64,000 bases of DNA. It comes from Azolla caroliniana (Eukaryota; Plantae; Polypodiophyta). The notes beneath the pieces were generated by a model. That model searched no databases, was not told where the DNA came from, and was given only the letters and a program-made list of their open reading frames with translations. The position numbers were made by a program, and so were the translations under genes. Positions 35,542 to 46,675 of the stretch are shown in pieces; within the stretch, counting starts at the first letter, position 1; each line of letters begins with the position of its first letter. Where the stretch lies: contig JBHGNT010000001.1 in the NCBI GenBank assembly GCA_043228905.1, positions 17,112,001 through 17,176,000 of the forward strand, in the 5' to 3' direction.

Positions 35542-38500
35542 ATGTTGTCAAGGGCAAGGTATGAGGGTGAAGAAGATTTGCACTCCAACGAAGAAGATGT
35601 TGGCCTAAACTTCTTTACGGTTTCGGGCGCTCAGGTGCTTGCCGTGTTTAAAGTAGAAGATTATGAGGGTGAATTCATCGAAATTGGCAAGTACTTAAGC
35701 CCTCTTATAAAGGATGAATCATGGTCAAAGGAAGACTTCTACTGAATTAGGAAGAAGGCCTACAAGTTCTTCCTCAAAGAAGGATATCTATGGAAATTTC
35801 CAAAGAAGAAGAATGGAACTCCACTTCAAGTGGTGTGCAAGAAACAAGATCAACAAAAACTAATTGCTGAATTTCATGATAGTGTCTGGGCAGGTCATCG
35901 AGGTATATGGGCAACATTTGCAAAGCTCAAGGAGAAGTGTTGGTGGCCGGGTGTTTACAAAGATGTAGCAAGCTATGTTGAAACATGTGAGGAATGCCAA
36001 TTATACTCGAATATTCAACATAGGGATGAACTTCATCCGACATATCCATTATCAATGCATTATAAGTGGTTGGTAGACATAGTGGTTATGCCGATGGGAT
36101 TGGGGCAAATGAAGTATCGCGTGCTAGCAAGAGAGGATCTCACCAACCAAGTAGAAGGACGGGCACTATGGAATAAAACAGCTGCCGTGGTTTGTAAGTT
36201 TCTCCTTGAAGATGTTATTTGTCGATATGGATGTGTTGGCAAAATAGTAGCTGATAGGGGAGAATTAGATGCAAATGAAGCTAAAGAATTCTTTTCAAGA
36301 ATAGGCGTCAAACTATCGCTCACCATGGCATACAACCCGAACGCAATTGGGAAGGTGGAACGAGGACATAGTCCGATTGTAAAAGCTCTAGCAAAGGCTT
36401 GCGATGGCAAGATGGGGAATTGGCCACGATTACTACCTTATGCATTGTGGGCTGATAGAACTACACATAACATGACTACAAGATATATGCCAGCCGAACT
36501 CATATTAGGGCAAAAACCAATAATGCCTATCGAGCAAAGTGTTGCTTCGTGGACATCTTTGCCATGGCAAGAGGAAATGAGTCGGGAAGACTTGCTAGCC
36601 ACGAGGATTCAACAACTAGAAGTGGACATGCAAAGTAACATTGGGAAGGAGGATCAACAAAGAGCTCGATATATGCTCCATTTTTTCCCTCTACTTTTTT
36701 TTTTCCCTTCTTCTTCTCTCTCCAATTCTAACAACAAATTATCTCTCATATTGATATCAAACTCTTGGCTTGGCTTGCTCAAACTTTTCTTGTCAAAAAT
36801 TATCTCTCATATTCATATTGGACCACTCCTTATATGGTTGTTGGCTCCTTTCTTTAAAAAATTTATCTCTCATTTTCATCTCCAACCCATTGTAACAAGA
36901 TTCTTGAATTATAAAAGAATCTATTTTCTTATGCAATAAACGAACGTTTTCTCTCATTTACTCGTCTTATATGTGAATTTTGCGTGTGTTGTACGTGTTG
37001 CACTAAATCTTTCTAGTCCAGAACCCTAGCGGTTCCGCCTCGTGATCCACACATAGTGACGGATTTTCACGACACCGTCCCCATCTGGTTCTGGTTCCGT
37101 GTCGTCCGTCGGTCTGGTTTCAGTTCCGTCACCGTCCATCCGTTCTGATTTCGGTCTCAGTTCCGTTGTTGTCTGGTTCCGGTTTCGTCGATATCCGTCC
37201 GGTCCGGTCCTCGAAAACCATTATGAGTAGTTAAGCCATAGTTTAGCCCAAGAACATTCGATGCTCCACACATAGACAAAAAGTAATAAGTTCTGGCTCA
37301 TTTTATATACTGTGGAATCCTGATTTGTCCTATCTATGTGGGATATCTCATAGTTTTGTTTTTCTTTTCTACATAACTTGACATTTAGTTGTCAGTTTGA
37401 AATGTAGTAAAGTACATTCGGAAGCTCTAGAAGACATCCATCATTTTATACCAAGATATTAAACTAATCTAAAATAGTATCTTTACTATTATTGTTTCAT
37501 ATCGTGTATGAAGAACCACACTCCATTTTGTATGTTCCTCGCAATTTTCACACCATTGCCGAAAATCTTCACGACAGCGTTTTGTAACAGATATGGGCAC
37601 TTCGAGGATACGGTCATGCCATTCGGCGTCACTAATGTGCCAACGGTCTTCCAGCACATGGCAAATGATATATTCCGAGATCTCTTGGATGTTTGTTTGA
37701 TCAACTATTTGGATGATCTATTGGTTTATTCGAACACCCAAGAAGAGCATGATTCTCATGTACTGTTAGTACTAAAACAACTTCGAGAACATGGTCTTTA
37801 TGCAAAGTTGGAAAATTGTAGTTTTAAGTGCAACCAGGTTGAACTTTTGGGCTATGTCATTACCTCGGAAGGCATCTCCATGGATCCAACTAAGTTCAAA
37901 ACGGTGGTAGAGTGGCAGACTCCGCCCGCATTCATTGCGAGTTGTGCAATGCTTTTTAGGCTTTGCCAATTTCTACCGCAAGTTTATACATGATTATTCA
38001 AAGCTTGTTCTGCCTCTCATACAACTCACCAGGAAGGGACAATCATTTGATTAGTCTAATGAAGTAGACATGGCTTTTGAGGGTCTTAAGAAGGCATTTA
38101 CATTAGCTCCTATTCTGGCTCATGTTGATCAGAAAAAACCATTCATCATCGAAGCAGACGCGTTGGATTTCGCATTGGGTAGTATTCTGTCACAACAAGG
38201 TGACAATGCAAAGCTCCATCCTCTGGCTTTCCACTCACACAAGTTTTACGCTGCCGAAATCAACTATGAAATTCATGATAAGGAGCTATTAGAAATACTA
38301 ACTCTTTTACGCAATGGAGGCATTTTCTAAAGGGATCTTCTCATCAATTCACCATATTCAGTGATCACAAAAACCTTGCCTACTTTTAGAATCCTCGTGT
38401 GTTAAATCGACGTCAAGGCGGGCCCAATTCCTCACTCATTTCGACTTCAAAATTGCATATCGTTCGGGGAAACAACTAGGGAAGGCAGATGCATTATCAC

Positions 38501-39980
38501 AACGCTCGTATTAGCAATGCATCCTGGTGAGCCAACTTTCGATAACCAAAACCAAGTAATCCTAGGACCAGCATGACTGCAAGCAACGCAGGTCTTCGGA
38601 ATGCCCTTGTATTCCCATGTTATCAATACGATACGTGAGGACTTGAAGACAGATGCTTTTGCCCAAGCCATTCTAGCACAAATTGATCCCTCTCGAGCAT
38701 CTTGTTCACAGTCGCAATAACCAGGTACCAACTATGACCAATTCGAATGTCATGATGGATTACTATTCTTTAAGAAACTCCCATATGTTCCTAATGGTTC
38801 TTGTCTCCTTCGAGTAGTCCAAAACTGTCACATATACAGTTGGGCATTTTGGTAGTACTAAAATATTAGATTTAGTACAACGATCATTTTGGTGACCCCA
38901 TATGCGACAATTTGTCGAAGATTTTGTTTGGACTTCTGATACATGTTGTAGAGCGAAAATGCCAAGGCATCATCCATATGGTTTATTAGAAACATTACCA
39001 ATTCCAAGCAAGTCGTGGCAATCCATTGCTCTAGATTTCATTAGACATCTTCCTGTCTCTAAGGGATTCGATGTGATCTTAATAGTAGTAGATCGATATA
39101 CGAAGATGGCCCATTTTTTGCCATGTATTGAGGAAATCTCCAATGAGGAAACCGCTAAAATTGTCATGCATGAAGTATGTTGGCATCATGGCCTTCCCGA
39201 TAGTATCATCAGCGATTGTAGACCCCGGTTCGTCTCAAAATTTTGGAAGCACCTCTTTAAAATGCTCAAGGTCACTTGTAACATGTCCTCCGGCTACCAC
39301 CCGAAAACAGACGACCAAGCAGAACGAACAAATCAAACATTGGAGCAATATCTTCGGTGCTTTCTAAGTTATCATCAAGATGAGTGGGTGGATATTCTCC
39401 ACTTCGCCAAATTTGCATATAATAACTCTGTCCACTCATCGACAAAGGTTACACCATTTTATGATTATATAGGTTGTCACCCCCGATGGTGTGTATTTCA
39501 AACACCAGAGTTACGCACAAATCCTTGCGCAAAAGATTGTTTTGAGTTGTTACGCAAGATACAAGCGGATTTATCTACTCATCTACAACAAGCTCAACAA
39601 ACACAGAAGGTTTACGCGGATTGTCATCGGCTTCCATCTAGTTTTAACATTGGAGATCGAGTATGGCTACTTCGACGACACATCAAGACTACTCGCCCAT
39701 GAGAGAAGTTGGATTATCCGCGATGAGTTCCTTTCCGTATTATTGGAAAAATTAATGATGTCGCTTTTCATCTCGATCTACCTCCACAATTTCAGATATA
39801 TCTGGTGTTTCATAGTTCTCTCCTCGAACCCTATCAAGACAGCACCATCCCAGATCATATTAAACAACCTCCACCCCCGATCGAGCTTGAAGATGGACCT
39901 GAGTACGAGGTTGCTGCCATCCTCGATTCCAAGATTGTTTGCAACAAGCTATATTATTTAGTCGATTGCCTAGGATATAG

Positions 39981-40296
39981 TCCCAACGAGCGTACTTGGG
40001 AACTAATAGAGAATGTGACCAATGCTCGTGCTCTTCTTGAAGACTTCCATCATCAATATCCAGACAAACCGGGTCCTCAATCCAAAATGATTCGTGACAC
40101 TCGTCAGTTTAAACGGGGGATAGTATCATGGCAAGACCGTCCCAGCGAGCGTACTTGGGAACTAATAGAGAATGTGACCAATGCTCGTGCTCTTCTTGAA
40201 GACTTCCATCATCCATATCCAGACAAACCGGGTCCTCAATCCAAAATGACTCGTGACACTCGTCAATTTAAACGGGGGATAGTGTCAAGGCAAGAC
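39981..40296 (+). repeat. 159-bp in-frame tandem duplication of the chromodomain end, PPT and LTR start in D
   Basis: Units start at 39981 and 40140; ERTWELIENVTNARALLEDFHH appears twice in the translation. Confidence 0.9.
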
Positions 40297-40723
40297 TCGA
40301 ACCCATGAATTTATGTTACATGGGTCGTGCTCTTGACCATTAGACTATATGTTGTAATATGAAGGATATAATTTTCATTAAAATTTTACTATAGAAAATT
40401 GAGGTATATTCCGAAACATTCTAGAAACTTCAGGAGTACTCCTCATAACACTATAAAAGGAGGCGCAAGGCATTATTTCGAACCAAATCGGTTCAACGCC
40501 AGTATTAAGCCTCCTAGCTACTATTGTATATTCTCTTAACATAGTATATATATTTTGTTATCATCATTATGTCTCTCTCGATCGCTCTTTGTCACTCACT
40601 CTTTCCTTCTCTCGAGAGTTCTACACCTCCCTTAGTACTAATCCTCATGTTTTAGTACTAATTCCTTCTCTTACTTAGTATTGTTCCTGACAGTAATTCT
40701 CTGTCTTAGTACTGCTCTTGACA
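40283..40723 (+). repeat. 3' LTR of D
   Basis: TGTCA...TGACA after the PPT; matches 11985-12230 and, inverted, 42851-43275. Confidence 0.88.
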
Positions 40724-41622
40724 GCACGGGTAGAGCACGACAAAGTCTCCACTACTCGCCAGTTCTTCATCTAACTGCTCATCTAGACTCAACCGCTCAT
40801 TCGGTCCACTTAGCCGGATTGAGATCAAACTCTCTTCTAGAGTGCCGAAGTCTTCATCTTCTTCTTGGACCTCCTCGGGCTCACTAGCCTCATCTTTTGG
40901 AATCGGGTCTTCGTCGGGAGTTGGAGTCGATAGGGTGTACCATGATGCCGAGTCATCAAACTCGACATCTCGACTTAGTCATACCTGTTTAGTCCAAGTG
41001 TTATAACACTTAAATACCCCTTCTGTTCATGTGAATAGCAGACGAGTATACACTTCTCCGAATTTGGATCCAGCTTCCTCCGCTTCTCATCCGGTACATG
41101 CACATATGTTGTGCTGCCGAATATCCGAAGGTGTCTCAAATTCGGTTGTTACCGATTAGGAACACTGTCTATGCTCAGTCCTTCGAGGTAGACCTCAAGG
41201 TGACCATGTTACAAGGAATGGAACCGTCTTCGCGTAAGGAATAATGGGATACCACCTCGTATCCTGGAAGCGTATAAGGGGGATAGCTACAACCGAACTC
41301 CTTAGGAAGTGCACTAGTACATGCACCTACGCTTACACACACTTACGATTTAAACAGTACGCACCAAAGTAACAATGGGCGATTACGTAGATAGACACAG
41401 ATAATGCGCAGAGGTTAGAGAAGATAGGATTCTATTAGAAAAACGTCCTGCACTCAAAAATTACACACTACCTCTTACAGAGGATTTCTACCCTTTATAT
41501 ACATAGGGTTTTTATCCATTCACCCTTCCCGCGTGAACCGTTACATGTGTTTCTTAACGCTTTACTATATTATAATGTTTCTGCACTTCTGTCCGCCGGT
41601 TACGATTCCGACGTACAACACC

Positions 41623-41661
41623 TGGCACACTTGTGGGACAGTGCCATGGCACATCGGACCC
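41623..41661 (-). other. tRNA-3'-end-like motif at the PPT position of G
   Basis: Minus strand GGGTCCGA-tgtgccatggcact-GTCCCACAAGTGTGCCA, then 2 nt, then the LTR TG. Confidence 0.75.
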
Positions 41662-44600
41662 ATCCCTTTATTCTTCCTCCAGAATATCCCGGATGTTTGG
41701 TTCCACTCCTACATACTGGTCTGGGGACGGCGTAGTGCCCATAGGCGCATCATTGCGTGGTTGCATGTCTTGTACTTGCTCGGTGGGGTTTTCCATGGTG
41801 TCAATGTCTCCTTGCGTGCTCGGACCCGACTCTACTAGCTCATTCCATTCTACTGTGGCTGGCTCTTCCATCAGCGAGCTTTGGGTAGGCTGAGGCTCTG
41901 TCTTGTCTGTAACTTCCTTAGTGTTGCCAGCCATAGTTGTCATCTCTAGTGAGTTGGGCTGAGGTTCCTCCTATTCGACAGTATCACTTTTCGGTATCAC
42001 GATAGGCTCCTCTCTTGGCTGCGTGCTGCCTAGTTCCATGATTCAGCGAAACATATCCTCCTGACTTTCACCGAAATCGTCCAGTAGATGCGCGAGTTTC
42101 TTGGAGTGCTGGTCTGCTAGCGTGTGATAATCCTGTGCTAGGTCCTCGCGTATTGCCGCAATGCCTTCCTCATTGAGTTTCTAGAAAAATCGGCCTTCTT
42201 TCCTACGGTTCTCCCAGTCCGCCTAGTAGGTATGCAACTTCGCCACTTGTGTTGCCCACGCCATCCAGCCTTTGTCTAGCGCTGCTTGTAATTGCGTCGT
42301 AAACATCTCCCGATTTGTTTGAAGAAGTTCGCGCATGTTGTCAGTTATTACTTGGCAACGGTTTTGCGCTTCTTCCAAGGTTTATTTGAGGTTTTCGATT
42401 TCTTGCTTATTAACCGCATCCGCTTCCTCAGCCCATATCTGAGATTCTTTCGAGTGTAATTACTCCAACTTGCCCATTTCATTGTTTAGGCGGACTTCGA
42501 CCTGATGCCTCACCTCCTGTTCTCGTACGAACTGCTCATCGTACCATGCTTTTTTCTTTTCCAATAACGCCCGGAGTCCTGCGATCGCTACTTCCAACTT
42601 TTGGGCTTCCTCCCGTAGTTTGATGTTTTATTCTTTCATGTAGGTGTGCGCTGCTACCTCCGTTTCGAGTTTCTCTTTGAGTGCCTTCATTGCCTTTCGG
42701 CCTTTGGCCCGGATGTCCTTTTCTCTGTTGGACGATTGGCGGAGTTTGGAGCGGAGGCAGTCAATCTCGGACTCCGCAAGCTACGTAGCCCTTTTTGCTT
42801 TAGCAACGATGGCGTATTGTGCCGCAATCTCCTCCTGTAAGGTTATCGAGTGTTAAGAGTAGTACTAAAACAGAGATAGAATTAGTACTAGAGAAGGGAA
42901 GTACTATTAGTACTAAGAGGACAAGACTGCGTAAGACTCCCGAGAGGGAGGAAAGAGAAGAGAAGAGAGAGAGAGATGATGATGATAACAGATGATATAT
43001 TATAGGAAGAGTAAGTACAAGATGGCTATGAGGCTTAAGACTGGCGTTGAACCAATTTGGTTCAAAATAATGCCTTGTGCCTTCTTTTATAGTGTTCCTC
43101 GGAGTAATCCTGAAGCTTCTAGAATGTTCTAGAGGAATCTGGAATATACATTAATTTCCTATAATAAAATATAAATGAAAATAATATCCTATGTATTACA
43201 ATAGATGGTATAATGGTCAAGAGCTCGACCCATATAACATACGGTCATGGGTTCGAGTCTTGCCATATCATGACACAAGCTCCCCCTTAAGATGACGAGT
43301 GGAACGAGTCGGCAATGATTGCGGACCGGGTTTGTTCGGATAGTTTCGGCGGAACTCAGCAAGAAGATCTTGAGGATTGGCGACATGCTCGACAGGTTCC
43401 CAAGTACGTTCGCTCGGACTATAGCCGAGCCAATCGACCAAGGAATAAAGTTTGTTGCGAACAAGTTTGGAATCGAGGACGGCAACAACTTCATACTCTG
43501 GGCCGGCTTCCAACTCAAGCGGGGGCGGCGATGGTATAACACGATCGGGAATAGTGTTTGCTTTATAAGGTTCAAGAAGAGAGCTATGGAAAACTGGATG
43601 TATCTTAAGATGCGGAGGGAGATCAAGGCAAAACGTGACATCATTAACCTTACTAGTAATACGGAAAGGACCGAGTCGTCGATAATCCAACTTGTCGCAC
43701 GGTCGAGTAGTCTTGATGTCACAACGTAAGAGCCATACTCGATCTCCAATGGAAAAAGAGGAGGGAAACCGATGACGATCCACATAAGTCTTCTGTGTGT
43801 GTTGAGCCTGATGAAGATGAGTAGAGATATCCATCTGGATATTGCGTAGCCTCTCCAAATGATCCTCGGCACGAGGATTGGTAGGTAGCTCTGGGGTGTC
43901 AATCACCAACCAGCAAGGATGAGATTCGGTATAAGCGTAAAATGGGGAGACCCGAATCGAGGAGTGAACAACATTATTATATGCAAACTCTGCAAAGTGG
44001 AGAAGCTCGGCCCAATCGTTCTGTTGATAACTCAGAAAACATCGGAGATATTGTTCCAGCGTTTGGTTTGTTCGTTCCACCAGCCCATCGGTCTAGGATG
44101 GTAGCCGGAGGAGAGGTTGCAAGAGACCTTGAGCATCTTGAAGAGATGCTGCCAAAATTTGGAGACGAATTGAGGTCCTTGGTCACTGATGATGATATCT
44201 GGGAGGCCATGATGCTGAAATACCTCACGCATGACAAGGGCAGCGGTTTCCTCGCTAGTGATGGCCTTAGTACACCGCACAAAATGTGCCATCTTGGTAT
44301 ATCAATCAACAACGGTTAAGATAGCATCGAACCCCTTCGAGACCGGCAGATTTGTGATACAATCAAGACAAATAGACTACCACGGCTTACTTGGAATCGG
44401 TAAGGGTTCCATCGAGCCATATGGATGGTGTCGGGGCATCTTTGCTCGGCAGCAAGCATGACAAGTCCGAACATAGTCGTTGACAAAACATCACATATGG
44501 GGCCACCAAAAAGATCGTTGAACGAGATCCAACGTCTTAGTACTACCGAAATGTCCCGCCGTATGGGTGTCGTGACAATTTTGGACGATTTGAAGGCGAC

Positions 44601-46675
44601 AAGAGCAATGAGGGACATATACAAGCTTTTTAAAGAATAACAAACCATCTTGATATTCGAATTGTCCGTAGTCCATACCTGGTTGTTGAGATTGGGAATA
44701 GGATGCCCAAGAGGTATCAATGTGCGCTAGAATGTCTTGAGGAAAACTATCTGTCTTCAAGTTTGCACGTATGGCATCAGTAATCCGGGAATCCATTGGG
44801 GTGTGAAAAATTCTCGTTGTGTGCAATCGTGTTGGTCCCAAGACTACTTGCTTTTGATTATTAAACGTTGGATCACCAGGATGAGGTGCAAGATATGAAT
44901 GCCATGATAGCGCATCTGCTTTTCCTTGCTGCTTCCCCGGTCGATATGTGATTTTGAAGTCAAAACGCATGAGGAATTGAGCCCACCGAGCTTGCCGTCG
45001 ATTTAGCACCCGAGCATTCTAGAAACAAGCAAGACTTTTGTGATCACTAAAGAAGATGACCTGATGTGGAGAGCCCTCTAAGAAATGCCGCCATTGCACA
45101 AAGGAATCCACGATGGCTAATAACTCCTTGTCATGTATTTCGTAGTTGATTTCCGCGACATCGAATTTGCAGGAATGAAAAGCCACAGGATGTAACTCTT
45201 CTTTATCTCCTTGTTGAGAAGGGATGCTATCGAGGGTGAAATCCGATGCGTCAACCTCCATGATGAATGGTTTGTTTGTATCCACATGAGCTAGAATAGG
45301 AGCTGATGTAAAGGCTTTCTTAAGATGCCGAAAAGCCATGTCCACTTCATTGGACCAAAGAAATGCTTGCAGTAGAAGTTAGCAAAACCTAGAAAACATT
45401 GTACATCTCGTACCGACCGTGGAATTTGCCACTCTAGCACAATTTGGACTTTAGCTTGATCCATGGAGATGCCCTTTGAGGAGATGACATAGCCTAGAAA
45501 TTCCACTTGCTGGCAGTCAAAGCTACATTTTTCTAGCTTGGCATAAAGAACATTCTCGCGGAGTCGTTTTAGTACTAATAGTACATGAGAATCGTGCTCT
45601 GCCTGGGTCTTCAAATAAATCAATAGATCATCTACATAGATGATCAAACAGATATCCAAGAGGTCTCTAAATATATCATTTGCCATGTGTTGGAAGACTG
45701 CGGATGCATTGGTTAGACCGAACAATATAGCAGTATATTTGAAATGCCCATACCGCGTGCGAAAGGCGGTCTTCCATTCATCTCCCGGTCGGATCCACAC
45801 GAGGTTATACACTCCTCATAGATCGATTTTTGTAAAAACTTGGCAGCATTAACTCGCTCTAAAAGACTTGATATAAGAGGAAGTGCATACCTATTCCGGA
45901 TGGTGACTTTATTCAAGCCGCGATAATCAACGACGAGACGAAGTGAGCCATCTTTCTTCTTGACAAAGAAGATGGGTGCACCGGCCAGAGATTTCGAATG
46001 TCGAATAAACCCGCTTGCCAAGTTCTCCTCTATGTAGGCTCGAAGGACTTCTAACTCGGTGGGTGACAAGTTGTAAATTTGTCCACATGGTGGCTCTACT
46101 CCTGGTTGTAAATCAATGAGACAATCATAGGGATGATGATGAGGAAGAGTACTAGATTTTACCTTGTCAAATACATCGGCATAAGGATGATATTTCGCCG
46201 GAAGTTGCACTAAGGATTCCTCCTTAATAGTGCTAGAAGGATGTACTCATATTGCAAATAGGAACATTGCCTCCTTGTGTCCTTCTTCACGTAATTGCGT
46301 AGTGAAATGGTCGAAACTCGATGAGTAGATTCATGGGGTTGTCGATGTAGGACTTCTCTTGTTCTCCAATCTATGTCTGGATTATGTAATTGAAACCAAG
46401 GTAATCCTAGGACAATGGGATGCTCTGGACTACTAATTATATTAAATGCTACTACACACACAAAACTACCTAGGACAATTTGAATGGGTTCTGACTCTTC
46501 TACAATATTCCCGAAAGCAATGGGACGACCATCAATGACTACTACAGATGCGGGGCAAGGAAATTTTCTTAAGGATATCTGAGAAGCTTGGGCAAAACTT
46601 CGATCCATGAAACAGGAATTAGCTCCGGAATCTAAAAGTGCTAGGACGTGTACTGGGGAGTACTTTTAGTACTAA

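Larger units (their letters stand above)
24854..37074 (+). mobile_element. Element J: degenerate tRNA-Trp-primed Ty3/gypsy (non-chromovirus), host of I
   Basis: 5' LTR 24854-26016; PBS 26025-26042; gag 26260-27250; protease LIDHGSE 27515-28213; RT and RNase H 28708-30185 (FIQDLQPVN, PQGATNS, FLDD); integrase 35830-36610; truncated 3' LTR ~36613-37074 matches ~25556-26016. Confidence 0.88.
24111..37576 (-). mobile_element. Element M: solo LTR of a J-related family (24111-24853 plus 37075-37576), split by J
   Basis: TGTCGTGA...TCACGACA termini; both ends are reverse-complement similar to the J LTR; interrupts the WKTAF motif of D's RT. Confidence 0.72.
11985..40723 (+). mobile_element. Element D: degenerate Tf1/Tcn1-like chromovirus (gypsy), host of F, M, J and I
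   Basis: 5' LTR remnant 11985-12230; gag 12381-13310; protease LLDSGA 13311-13780; RT 23616-24110 and 37577 onward; RNase H, integrase and chromodomain to ~40270; PPT AAACGGGGGATAG; 3' LTR 40283-40723. Both LTRs share a ~31-bp duplicated U5 end. Confidence 0.88.

Noticed and set aside
36613-36939. Hydrophobic C-terminal tail of ORF 35830-36939 as an env or transmembrane domain
   Set aside because: It is read-through into the T-rich 3' LTR after a deletion; the same text occurs in the 5' LTR (ORF 25436-25738).
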